From an uncultured Gemmatimonadota bacterium (lineage in GTDB: Bacteria; SM23-81; DAOVCL01), in assembly GCA_964626665.1 (NCBI GenBank), contig CAZVGK010000036.1, positions 1-27,735 of the forward strand: a stretch of DNA of 27,735 nucleotides, written 5' to 3'. Positions 8,659 to 17,730 of this stretch are shown one piece after another. The notes below the pieces were generated by a model that was not told the origin of the DNA, did not search any database, and was given only the letters and a program-made list of their open reading frames with translations. The number at the start of each line of letters is the position of its first letter. Within the stretch, counting starts at the first letter, position 1. The position numbers and the translations under genes were made by a program.

Positions 8659-11600
8659 TTGATAAACTATAGCCGGTGGTTAATAGGGGTGCTCCTTTTG
8701 TGTGCTATTGTACAAGGAGTATCGACTAATGTTAGTGCGCAAGGAAATTGCTTGAAGTTGAATGGGCACGGAGATTATGTTGAAATTCCGCACAGTAGCT
8801 CTCTAAATCTTAGCCAGGAAGTTACAATCGAAGTATGGGGACGAATGGAGACATCGGGTTCAGACGTGATAATAGGCAAACGCGGAAATGGGAATCGCGG
8901 TTACGCCTGCGCGGGCAGCGAAAAGTCTGTTCGAGGCACAGTTTTTGGAGTGTTTGATCACATATCCCGATCAAGGTGGTCCCGCAAAGAATGGCGTCAC
9001 ATCACCTGGACTTACACCGGGTCCACATCCCGTCTGTATGTCAATGGAGATCTTGTCTCCAAGAAAGGAAAGCGTTCCAAGATTCGAACAACATCTAAAG
9101 CTTTGAGAATTGGTACAGGTGTTAATGGTGATGGCACGATCCGTAGTTATTACCCTGGCATCTATGATGAAGTCCGCGTCTGGAATAGGGCATTATCCGA
9201 GAGAGAAATCAAGGCGAATATGAACAAAGAATTGACCGGCAATGAACGAGGGCTTGTTGCCTATTACAAGTTCAACGAAACATCAGGGCGGATCGCTCAC
9301 GATTCTTCACCCTATGGTAACGATGGCAGACTTTATGGAGATGCAAGATTTGTCTCCTCAAGTGCACCTGTTAGACCTCCCTATCATCCTGACCTTACTG
9401 CCACTGCCTCGTTCACCGGAGAGAATGGCAAACTTAAAGCAGATGGGAAGGGTGTTATTACGGTCAATGTGATAAATAACGGCAAGGGGGATGCCAGAGG
9501 TGTCAGCGTGTCCCTTTCTACAGACAACTGGAATATGTCCTTTGACAAGGCCCTACGCATTGGCAACCTGTCAGCAGGGAACTCAAAGAGCGTGAGATTC
9601 AGCTTGAGGGCAAATAAGAGCCTCAAAGCAAGTGAGATGGACTTTACCATACATGTAAGTGCAGAAGGTGGTTACACTGCGCCTACGGTCTTCTTGGCCG
9701 TCCCAATCAAACCGCCATATCCCCCAGAGCTTTCCGCTACTGCTTCTTTTACCGGAGAGAAGGGCAAGCTCAAAGTTGGCAAGAAGGGAACGATTGTGGT
9801 GAAGGTGAAGAACAGTGGCAAGGGCACGGCAGATAATGTGAGCATAGAGCTTTCTACCCCAATTACAGAGTCCCACATCTTCTTTGACACCCACCAGAGC
9901 ATATGGCAGATTTCACCAGGCGACTCCCAGACCGTCAGTTTTACCCTTCATGCCTCAGAGAACCTCAAGGCCGGTGAGGTTCCCTTCACCATAAAGGTAA
10001 GCACGGAGGATGGATACACCGCCTCTCCTGTTTCCATAACTGTTCCTACTCAGGGGATATTCGTTATGCCTTCTTTCCCTGCTGATCTGCATATTGAGAA
10101 TGTGAAGCTGGTTGAGCCATCGGGCAACCAGGCCCTGGATGGATATGAATCCGGTGAGCTGCAGTTTGTCATTCACAACAGAGGTCGTGGTGTGGCCCAG
10201 AACCTGCAGATCACCATCTCCCCTCTCTCCTCAGATAAGGGACTCACCTACCGCAAGAGCAAAACCATTGAAAGGTTGGAAGGAAAATCCACCGTTCCGG
10301 TGAGCTTTCCCATAGCCGCAGATGGGAAGGTGGAGAGCCTATCCCGCAAATTCCGCATCCAGGTTACAGAGGAGTTTGGCTTTGATCCCAATCCGGTGAT
10401 TGTCAGCTTTGCTACCAAGGCATTTGAGCCCCCTGATCTGCAGATCAAGCAGATTGCCATCAATGATAGAACTGAAGAAGGGAGTGATGCCTATGGCAAT
10501 GGCAACTCCATCATCGAGCCCAATGAGTCTATAGTGGTCACTTGCTTTGTGCAGAACTTTGGCACAGGCAAGGCTGAGGATGTAAAAGCGACGATAAGGC
10601 TGGAGACCTCAGATCGGTACATCTCCTGCCCTGATGCCGGGAAGACCTTTACCTTAGGTGATGTTGCACCTGGTGATTACAAGCCTGTGAATTTTTACTT
10701 CTATGCTACTAGCCGCTATTCCGCTGAGCATATCCCCTTGAAGGTGCAACTGACCGAGGCTAGGGGCGATTTTGGCAAGATTATTGACCTGGGCCTGAAG
10801 ATGAATGTGCGCACCCAGAACATCGTGGATGTGAGGATTGCCAAGATAGAGGCTCCTAAGCCAACCATCAAGCCCATCGCCGAGGTGGCCAAATCTGATG
10901 TGGACAATATTCCCACCAATTCCCAGACCAAGCGTCCAGATGGCTTTGCGGTGATCATTGGTATAGAGGATTACAAATATGCCCCCAAAGCAACCTTTGC
11001 CAACAGGGATGCGGAGGCCTTCTATGGCTATGCCACCAGGGTGCTGGGCATACCAGAGAGGAACACCTACTATCGGGTAAACGATGGGGCCACAGCAGGG
11101 GAGTTTAAGAAGTTATTTGAGCTAGATGGCTGGTTGGCCAGGCGGGTGACGGCAAACTCCGATGTTTTCATCTACTACAGCGGACACGGGGCACCAGACA
11201 TCAAGACCAAATCCCCTTATCTCATCCCCTATGACATCGATCCCAACTATGCCAACACCGGATTCCCCCTGGATCAACTGTACAAGAATCTGCATAGCCT
11301 CAAGGCCAAGTCGGTAACGGTGATTGTGGATGCCTGCTTTTCCGGGCAGAGCAGGGAGGAGAAGATGATGCTGGCCAATGCCCGACCGGTAGGGATCACC
11401 ATTGAGAGTCCCTTGGCCTATGGGGACATTACCGTCTTTGCCGCCGCCTCGGGCAGGGAGATAAGCTCCGGCTACCCGGAGCAGAGGCATGGACTTTTCA
11501 GCTACTTCTTCCTCAAGGGACTCAAGGGGATAGCTGATACCAATGGGGATAAGAAGATTATCGTTGGGGAACTATTCAACTATGTGAAGACCAATGTCCC

Positions 11601-11682
11601 CCGGTTAGCCGGTCAGATGGATCGGGAGCAGACCCCCCAGTTGTTGGGCAGGGATAAAGGGAGGGTGTTGGTGGAGTATTAG
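8659..11682 (+). CDS. Secreted LamG-like / CARDB-Ig-like repeat / peptidase C14 (caspase-family) protein
   Basis: Likely TTG start after AGGAGG. Signal peptide. LamG motifs WRHITWT, LYVNG and DEVRVWNRALS. About four Ig-like repeats. Catalytic dyad YSGHG and DACFSG. Confidence 0.88.
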   Translation: MINYSRWLIGVLLLCAIVQGVSTNVSAQGNCLKLNGHGDYVEIPHSSSLNLSQEVTIEVWGRMETSGSDVIIGKRGNGNRGYACAGSEKSVRGTVFGVFDHISRSRWSRKEWRHITWTYTGSTSRLYVNGDLVSKKGKRSKIRTTSKALRIGTGVNGDGTIRSYYPGIYDEVRVWNRALSEREIKANMNKELTGNERGLVAYYKFNETSGRIAHDSSPYGNDGRLYGDARFVSSSAPVRPPYHPDLTATASFTGENGKLKADGKGVITVNVINNGKGDARGVSVSLSTDNWNMSFDKALRIGNLSAGNSKSVRFSLRANKSLKASEMDFTIHVSAEGGYTAPTVFLAVPIKPPYPPELSATASFTGEKGKLKVGKKGTIVVKVKNSGKGTADNVSIELSTPITESHIFFDTHQSIWQISPGDSQTVSFTLHASENLKAGEVPFTIKVSTEDGYTASPVSITVPTQGIFVMPSFPADLHIENVKLVEPSGNQALDGYESGELQFVIHNRGRGVAQNLQITISPLSSDKGLTYRKSKTIERLEGKSTVPVSFPIAADGKVESLSRKFRIQVTEEFGFDPNPVIVSFATKAFEPPDLQIKQIAINDRTEEGSDAYGNGNSIIEPNESIVVTCFVQNFGTGKAEDVKATIRLETSDRYISCPDAGKTFTLGDVAPGDYKPVNFYFYATSRYSAEHIPLKVQLTEARGDFGKIIDLGLKMNVRTQNIVDVRIAKIEAPKPTIKPIAEVAKSDVDNIPTNSQTKRPDGFAVIIGIEDYKYAPKATFANRDAEAFYGYATRVLGIPERNTYYRVNDGATAGEFKKLFELDGWLARRVTANSDVFIYYSGHGAPDIKTKSPYLIPYDIDPNYANTGFPLDQLYKNLHSLKAKSVTVIVDACFSGQSREEKMMLANARPVGITIESPLAYGDITVFAAASGREISSGYPEQRHGLFSYFFLKGLKGIADTNGDKKIIVGELFNYVKTNVPRLAGQMDREQTPQLLGRDKGRVLVEY

Positions 11683-11899
11683 CAAAGCTATGCCTTTCCA
11701 GCTCGGGACGGGCAAACCGATGAGGCACGAAGCCGATAAGGAAATCCGAATATCCAAATCCGAAACAGGTTCAATTACCAGAGATTCAACCCAAAATATG
11801 CACGAACGCAGATGAACACAGATTTTCACAGCGCAGCAAAACCGCAACCAAAAGGTCATCGTAGATCGTTACCCGTGGCTCGTTATCCCCGCACCATAC

Positions 11900-12044
11900 A
11901 CTTCTACCCGGCTTTAGCCGGGGTTGCGAGGGCTTTAGCCCGTTTGGAGTGCTGTGACCGTGTCACAGCATGCGTCAACAGGAGTTGACGCACTCCATAT
12001 AGGGGCCTAAAGGCCCTGAACCCGCACTAAAGTGCGGTAGAAGT
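11900..12044. repeat. Nested palindromic (REP/BIME-like) hairpin cluster
   Basis: Outer IR ACTTCTACC/GGTAGAAGT encloses two TTTA-loop hairpins, a central branched hairpin and two TAAA-loop hairpins. Confidence 0.8.
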
Positions 12045-12095
12045 TGGCTACTCAGGGAACCCAAGAAAGTCTCCCCCGTCAGGGCAGGAGCCCTA

Positions 12096-12275
12096 CCTGC
12101 ACATTCTCAAAAAGCAATTAGAGGTCGCGGAAATGTGTAAAAAGGCAACCCGCAAAGTCGTAAAATTGATTGGGGCATCCCGACTTATCGGGATGCCCCA
12201 ATCAGATCAGGGGAGCTAACCGCTCAGCTACGGGTAATTTAAAGCTACTGTGCAGATTTTTATGAATAATGCAGG
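12096..12275. mobile_element. Possible MITE related to the element at 17924-18097
   Basis: Right end TTTATGAATAATGCAGG is identical to 18081-18097. Imperfect left end CCTGCACATTCTCAAAAA. Central palindrome GATTGGGGCATCCCGA-CTTA-TCGGGATGCCCCAATC. No TSD. Confidence 0.55.
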
Positions 12276-12298
12276 CACTTAAGGGCTCAAAAAATCCC

Positions 12299-12327
12299 TT
12301 GACTTATTTGGAGGGGCTTGGTATAGT
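12299..12327 (+). promoter_or_regulatory. sigma70 promoter of the lipoprotein operon
   Basis: TTGACT-17 bp-TATAGT with an extended -10 TG, about 60 bp upstream of the start codon. Confidence 0.8.
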
Positions 12328-12385
12328 TGGGAGCGTTGTGGTTATCGAACCCCTCGTTAGTGAAACCTAAACTTAGGAGGTGAAT

Positions 12386-12949
12386 ATGAAGGTATGGAAG
12401 CTTTGGCCTATCCTTCTCATCTGGGGAGGGATGGCCTTGGTTGTGGGCTGCTCCCACCATCCGAAATTTGGCGAGGTTAAGGAGCCCGGGTGGGTGCTTA
12501 AGGGATCAGGCGCCTTCGCCGGGGACAAAACCTTCCATGGAGTTGGTATGGTCTCAGGGGTAAAAAATAAGGCCTTAGCTATCACTGCGGCAGATAACCG
12601 AGCGCGGGCGGAGATTGGCAAGGTCTTCGAGGTCTATACCGCTTCCCTGATGAGGGATTATATGGCCTCCACCACTGCGGGCGACTTCTCGGCCACCTCC
12701 GAGGAGCAACATATCGAACAGGCAGTGAAGACCTTCTCCTCGGCCACCCTCTCCGGGGTGATAATCGTCGACCATTGGACGGACCCCCGAGATGGAACTA
12801 TCTACTCCTTGGCTAAGCTCGACCTCGACCATTTCCAGGCCAGCCTGGACAAGATGAAGGAACTAAACGCAGAGGTGAGGGACTATGTCAGAAGAAATGC
12901 AGAAAAAACCTTTCAGAAACTATCGGCAGAGGAAAAGAAAAGGCAATAG
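12386..12949 (+). CDS. LPP20-family lipoprotein
   Basis: AGGAGG RBS. Lipobox VVGC. Motifs PGWV, GVG, A...ARAEI and YSLAKLD. Confidence 0.8.
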   Translation: MKVWKLWPILLIWGGMALVVGCSHHPKFGEVKEPGWVLKGSGAFAGDKTFHGVGMVSGVKNKALAITAADNRARAEIGKVFEVYTASLMRDYMASTTAGDFSATSEEQHIEQAVKTFSSATLSGVIIVDHWTDPRDGTIYSLAKLDLDHFQASLDKMKELNAEVRDYVRRNAEKTFQKLSAEEKKRQ

Positions 12950-13544
12950 TTGGTTGGTGGTTACCCTTTTCCTATTGCCACTCTTCATTTTGGGGTGTGG
13001 CACATCTCGGAAGGTAACCAGGATAGCGTTGGAGAAAACAGTTGACCTCAGTGGCCGCTGGAACGACACCGACTCCCGCCTGGTGGCCGAAGAGATGATC
13101 AAGGATGCACTTTCCAGGCCCTGGTTGGAGGATTTCGTCTCCCAGAAGGGAAAGAAGCCAGATGTAATAGTGGGTAAGATAAGGAACGAAAGCTATGAGC
13201 ATATCAGCGTGGAGACCTTTGTCCAGAACTTGGAGAGGGAGTTGACCAATTCAGGAAAGGTGAACTTCGTGGCCGGAAAGTCAGAAAGGGAACAGATCAG
13301 GGAGGAAAGGCTGGACCAGGCCCAGCATGCCTCTGAAGAATCGGCCAAGAGGCCAGGAGAGGAGGCCGGGGCAGATTTTATGCTCATCGGTTCCATCAAC
13401 TCCATACTTGATGAATCCGGAGGGAAGAAGGTCATCTACTACCAGGTGGATCTGCGACTGGTAGATATGGAGACAAACCGTAAGGCCTGGCTGGGGCAAA
13501 AGAAGATAAAAAAGCTCCTCACCCGCAAGAGGGTCATCTTTTAA
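12885..13544 (+). CDS. lpoB: Penicillin-binding protein activator LpoB-like lipoprotein (COG3417); start uncertain
   Basis: Lipobox ILGC. Motifs DLSGRWNDTDS, IRNESYEHI and GADFMLIGSINSI...YYQVDLRLVD. Confidence 0.8.
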   Translation: MSEEMQKKPFRNYRQRKRKGNSWLVVTLFLLPLFILGCGTSRKVTRIALEKTVDLSGRWNDTDSRLVAEEMIKDALSRPWLEDFVSQKGKKPDVIVGKIRNESYEHISVETFVQNLERELTNSGKVNFVAGKSEREQIREERLDQAQHASEESAKRPGEEAGADFMLIGSINSILDESGGKKVIYYQVDLRLVDMETNRKAWLGQKKIKKLLTRKRVIF

Positions 13545-13547
13545 GGA

Positions 13548-14870
13548 ATGAGCAGCCCGAGAGCGATTCCTCTTCTTCTCCTCCTCCTCTTTCTGGGCTG
13601 TGCCACTCCTCTGAGGCATTACCGCCTTATTGAGCAGCAGATGGATAAGGGGGATTGGCTGGGAGCCGAGGGGGCGGTGGCCAAGAGTTGGTCCAAAGGA
13701 TATGGGGAGAGGAATAGGGTCCTCTTCGATTTGGATAGGGGGTTGCTTCTCCATTTTGGAGGGAAGTTTCCGGAGAGCAACTCCTTTTTCTTTGAGGCGG
13801 AGGAGAAGATGGAAGAGCTCTATACCAAGAGGATTAGGGACGAATCTGCCTCACTTCTGGTCAATGATAACCTCTTGCCCTATGAGGGGGAAGATTTTGA
13901 AAAGGTCCTCACCAACTTCTTTGCCGCCATAAACTACCTTCAGCTAAGGAACCTTGAAGATGCCCTGGTAGAAGCCAGGAAGATCGGCCACAAACTCTCT
14001 GTCTTAGGGGACAAATATGAGGGGAAGGGGAGGTACCACCAGGATGGCCTAGCCCAATACCTCTCAGGTTTTATCTATGAATTGATGGGAAAGTGGGATG
14101 ATGCCTATATCTCTTACCACAAATCCTTTGAAGCATACAAGGGCCAACCTCAGATTTATCCCTTCCCCCTTCCCTCCTTCCTGGCTAAAGACCTCCTCAG
14201 GCTTTCCCAATACTTGGGGAGGGAGGATGATTTCCACCGACTGCGGGCTAAATTTGCTCCCATAAAATGGAGGAATCAGGAGGAAATAGAAAGGGGAGGG
14301 GAGGTCCTTGTCCTCGCCTTCTCTGGTCGGGGACCGGTGAAGAAGGAGTTCAGCCTCACCGTGGAGAAGAAGGACAAGAAGGGCAATGGATATACATTTA
14401 AACTGGCCCTTCCTCGCTTTGCCCCCCGCCCCTCTCAGATAGCCTCTGCAGAGGTTCTCATCGATGGGGAAATCCAGCCCCTGATCCTGGCCGAAGACAT
14501 CGAGGTCATCGCCCGTAAGGTTTTGGAGGACAGACTTCCCCTGATTGAGGCCAAGGCTGTAGCTCGATCCTTAGCCAAGGCCAAGGCGGATCAGGAGGTA
14601 AAGAAGAAGATGGGAGGAGGGGGTTTTAACCGATTGTTGAAATTCGGCTTGGATGAGGTAGTTAAAGCCTCGGAGAGGGCGGACCTGCGTTGTTGGCGGA
14701 CCCTTCCGGCCAAGATATACTTGGGAAGATTTATCCTCCCCCCTGGTTCCCATCGGGCGGGGTTGCGGTTCATCTCTTCGAGAGGTCAAATCCTCCAGGA
14801 ATATACCTTTGCAAAGTTTAATTTAGAAAAGGGTGGTTATCGGGTTTTAGAGGGCTATTGCCTCAAATAA
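13548..14870 (+). CDS. COG3014-family lipoprotein (TPR-like)
   Basis: Lipobox FLGC. Motifs LPYEGEDFE, ALVEARK and ADLRCWRTLPA. This family typically neighbours LpoB. Confidence 0.8.
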   Translation: MSSPRAIPLLLLLLFLGCATPLRHYRLIEQQMDKGDWLGAEGAVAKSWSKGYGERNRVLFDLDRGLLLHFGGKFPESNSFFFEAEEKMEELYTKRIRDESASLLVNDNLLPYEGEDFEKVLTNFFAAINYLQLRNLEDALVEARKIGHKLSVLGDKYEGKGRYHQDGLAQYLSGFIYELMGKWDDAYISYHKSFEAYKGQPQIYPFPLPSFLAKDLLRLSQYLGREDDFHRLRAKFAPIKWRNQEEIERGGEVLVLAFSGRGPVKKEFSLTVEKKDKKGNGYTFKLALPRFAPRPSQIASAEVLIDGEIQPLILAEDIEVIARKVLEDRLPLIEAKAVARSLAKAKADQEVKKKMGGGGFNRLLKFGLDEVVKASERADLRCWRTLPAKIYLGRFILPPGSHRAGLRFISSRGQILQEYTFAKFNLEKGGYRVLEGYCLK

Positions 14871-14879
14871 GGAGGGAAG

Positions 14880-15893
14880 ATGAGGATGGACTTGAGAAAC
14901 CTGTTTTTGTTCCTTGCCTTTGTTGGGTTAGGTTGTGGAACAACTCAGCTAAAGGGTTCTGAACCCCCTTCCTGGATAGGCGGTTCCTCCCCCAAATACC
15001 CTTCCAGCTTCTACCTCACCGCTGTGGGAGAGGGAGAGACGGCCAAGGATGCAGAGGCCAGTGCCTATGCGGGCATCTCCAAGATATTTCAGGTTGAGGT
15101 AAAATCTCAAGAGGAGATCAGGGAGAGATATGTCCAGAGAAACAACCAGGTGAAGGAGGAGAGATTCTCGCTAAAATCCTCCATCGATCTCTCCACCCAG
15201 AAGGTGCTCAGTCAGGTAAGAATAGCCCAGGTCTACCAGAATCCCCAATCGGGGAGATGGTATGCCCTGGCAGTCCTGGATAGAGATCAGGTGGGGACCT
15301 CCTTGCGGGAGAGGATCAAGGGCTTAGACCAGGAGATCGAGCAGCTCCTGGCTACCAAAGCCCAGGGGAAACTGCCGCGGATAAGAACCTTGAAAAAGGC
15401 AATGGACAAATTAGACCTACGGGAGGCACTAAACTCCGACTTGAGGGTTGTTGATTCCCAGGGGCAAGGGGTGAAACCGGGATATGACCCAGGGCAGTTG
15501 ACCCAGAATTTCGCAGAGGAGTTGCAGGGGATATCCATAAAGGTAAAGATAGAAGGAGATTACGGGAAGGAGCTATCCGCAGCCTTGACTGAATCGCTGG
15601 TAGGGCAGGGGCTTTCCGTGGCCCCCCAGGGAAAACCTGAGGATATCCTTGTCAAGGGAAGGCTCCAATGGGAGAAAAGCGGAATCTCCGACCAGAGATG
15701 GAAGTTTGTCCGCTGGATCTTCAAGCTTGAGGTCTGGGATAAGCTCAACAACCAGCTCATCACCTCCTTGGACAAGGAGGGAAGGGAGGGCCACCTCACC
15801 TACCAGGAGGCAAAAAGAAGGGCCCTGCGCACGATAAAAGCTGATCACCTAAAGAAGCTAAGCCAGGAGATAACCGATTACATCCTAAAATAA
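14880..15893 (+). CDS. LPP20-family lipoprotein
   Basis: Lipobox GLGC. Motifs PSWI, YLTAVGEG and AYAGISKIFQVEV...YALAVLDR. Confidence 0.8.
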   Translation: MRMDLRNLFLFLAFVGLGCGTTQLKGSEPPSWIGGSSPKYPSSFYLTAVGEGETAKDAEASAYAGISKIFQVEVKSQEEIRERYVQRNNQVKEERFSLKSSIDLSTQKVLSQVRIAQVYQNPQSGRWYALAVLDRDQVGTSLRERIKGLDQEIEQLLATKAQGKLPRIRTLKKAMDKLDLREALNSDLRVVDSQGQGVKPGYDPGQLTQNFAEELQGISIKVKIEGDYGKELSAALTESLVGQGLSVAPQGKPEDILVKGRLQWEKSGISDQRWKFVRWIFKLEVWDKLNNQLITSLDKEGREGHLTYQEAKRRALRTIKADHLKKLSQEITDYILK

Positions 15894-15966
15894 AAGGAGT
15901 GGGGTCAGGCTGAAAAATAGAAATTATGTTTGATAGAGCCGATAAGATGTGGCACAATATTTAACG

Positions 15967-16095
15967 ATGGCAAGGAAACCGAGAATAGAATATCCTGGTG
16001 CGTTCTATCATGTGATAGCACGGGGGAATCGTAGGGAACCTATATTTGGAGATGCTCAGGATAGAGAAAGGTTCTTGAGCAAACTCTCAGGATAC
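15967..16095 (+). pseudogene. 5' fragment of a Y1/HUH (RAYT/IS200-like) transposase
   Basis: MARKPRIEYPGAFYHVIARGNRREPIFGDAQDRERFL is a typical N-terminus. Truncated before the HUH motif. Preceded by TGGGGTCAGG at 15900-15909. Confidence 0.85.
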
Positions 16096-16137
16096 TTGGT
16101 AGTTATTTCTATTTCTTGGCTCCATCTTAACATCAAA

Positions 16138-16350
16138 TTATGACGAGGCCCCTGTTGGGACCACTTGATACTCTATCCGCTGGGGCAATTCAACCCGTCG
16201 CGAAGCGTCAAGTATCTCCAGCGAAACCAGGTTCCCCGATGCATCATAATCAAGAATTATCCCCGGTTTGCCTTCATCGCTCTCCGCCACTGGCGTATCA
16301 GCAAAAATAACCGTCAACGTGTCTGTGTCGTTATCATAAACCACCTTCAT
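16138..16350 (-). CDS. DUF2283-family protein (putative antitoxin)
   Basis: MKVVYDNDTDTLTV...ESDE...ILDYDASGNLVSLEILDAS. Confidence 0.85.
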   Translation of the reverse strand: MKVVYDNDTDTLTVIFADTPVAESDEGKPGIILDYDASGNLVSLEILDASRRVELPQRIEYQVVPTGASS

Positions 16351-16634
16351 TTCCTTGCCCTCCAATACTTCTCAACTTTACTGGTCCAGTACGCTGTCAC
16401 GACTTCCGGCGGTTCCCGGCGAACATCTACAAAGACCCGCAACAGGTAGACCTTGGGTGGGCCCCCTCGCTCAAATCGTGATTGGTAGACCACTCGCCCG
16501 GGGCGTAGGATTTTAGCTTGCTCAGGCGCTGACAAAACATAGCCAACTTCATTCTCCTTGATGTTACGCCATCCCATCTCAAATCGGGCGTGCGCTGTCA
16601 AACGGTATTCTTTGACCGGCGGTATCCCCGCCAT
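16347..16634 (-). CDS. DUF4258-family protein (putative RelE-fold toxin)
   Basis: LTAHARFEM...LLRVFVD...VVTAYWTSK. ATGA overlap with the DUF2283 gene. Confidence 0.8.
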   Translation of the reverse strand: MAGIPPVKEYRLTAHARFEMGWRNIKENEVGYVLSAPEQAKILRPGRVVYQSRFERGGPPKVYLLRVFVDVRREPPEVVTAYWTSKVEKYWRARK

Positions 16635-16784
16635 ATCCTACCAAATTATATGGAATTGTGGCCCTACTTCACATCCCCTATCCATTATGCCTATACGATC
16701 TCCAGATAAACCGCTCTTGGCTACACCCAAGTCGTTCCAACATCCTATGGGAAAAATAGAAGTTCTTATCTTTCCCCAAAATAA

Positions 16785-16824
16785 TACGCCGCCGGGGAAT
16801 CGAACCCCGAACCTACTGATTAAG
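16785..16824 (-). repeat. att direct repeat: duplicate of the tRNA-Lys(CTT) 3' half
   Basis: 40-bp exact match to 22974-23013, ending in the anticodon loop. Confidence 0.95.
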
Positions 16825-17100
16825 GATCAGGGAAACAGGGAACAGTGGTCCAGAGAGTGCTTTAATTCTTCCCTTTTTTCTCGGCTATAATGCGATTGCT
16901 ATATGAGTTAGTTGCGCCTAATGGCGGGCAACTTCTGCCCCCTACCCATCCCTAACTACTCCACAGCCACTTAAGCCACATTTCCCTCGCTGCGTTGGCC
17001 TAAAGCTAATGTCTCATAGCAGCCGTCGCTGAAAGACTTTTCCTTCAAATCCTTACACACTCTCGGCACCACCGGACCCTATATCTCCGTTAGGCTCACT

Positions 17101-17391
17101 CTATATGCGGTCTTTCCAATAATCTGGCTTTCTGTGGAGGTTCGCGATTGCGACTATCAGAATTTCGTCTTTTCGGGTTTGGTAGATGATTCCATAGGGG
17201 AAACGCCAGGTTTGACACCTTCTCGTTCGCTTTGAGTAAGGATACCATGCTTCGGGAAATTTCCCTATTCTATCAAGAGCCTTCAAGACTTCAGTCTGAA
17301 ACACTTCTCCGAGTCCGGGGGCCTCACGGTTGTAATACTCGATAGCCTCATCCAGTTCGATCTGGGCGATCTCTAAGAACCGAATCCGCAC
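17101..17391 (-). CDS. RelE/ParE-family toxin
   Basis: AQIELDEAIEYY...GLG...FPEAW...RFPYGIIY...IVAIANLHRKPDYW. Confidence 0.9.
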   Translation of the reverse strand: MRIRFLEIAQIELDEAIEYYNREAPGLGEVFQTEVLKALDRIGKFPEAWYPYSKRTRRCQTWRFPYGIIYQTRKDEILIVAIANLHRKPDYWKDRI

Positions 17392-17399
17392 CTTTAAAC

Positions 17400-17612
17400 C
17401 TACTTATATTTTTTAAGAACCTCTTCCAAAGTAACAGCCTTAATCTTTCCTTGTTCGTAAGCATCGATTCGGCTCTCGGCCTCCTTGGCCCATAAATCGT
17501 CAATTTCTTGATCAGGTTTATCAAGGCTATAAAGTAGCTTGTCAATTAACTCTGCTTTTTCTGCAGGCCTTAAAGTTAATGCTTCTTCTAAAATTTTGTA
17601 CGGAGCACCCAT
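17400..17612 (-). CDS. Addiction-module antitoxin (TIGR02574-like)
   Basis: ALTLRPAEKAELIDKLLYSLD...WAKEAESRIDAYEQG. Directly upstream of the RelE/ParE gene. Confidence 0.88.
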   Translation of the reverse strand: MGAPYKILEEALTLRPAEKAELIDKLLYSLDKPDQEIDDLWAKEAESRIDAYEQGKIKAVTLEEVLKKYK

Positions 17613-17667
17613 TCTTACTTCCCTTCTATCCATAAGCGTTCACATACTCTTTGTCTGAAATCATTTA

Positions 17668-17730
17668 GCCTAATAGCAAAGCTCAGCGAGGGCGGATTTA
17701 TCTGCCGTCCGTTGCAACGATTGGTTAGGT
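17668..17730 (-). other. attC site (core ATT instead of GTT)
   Basis: Minus strand ACCTAAC CAATCGTTGCAACGGACGGC...CGCTGAGCTTTGCT ATTAGGC. It overlaps the stop codon of the DUF2442 gene. Confidence 0.8.

Noticed and set aside
12386-15893. Lipoprotein operon as a novel system
   Set aside because: LPP20/LpoB/COG3014 clusters are a known recurring arrangement, although poorly characterised.
16785-16830. Third tRNA gene
   Set aside because: Only the 3' half is present, with no D arm or 5' acceptor strand. It is an att repeat.
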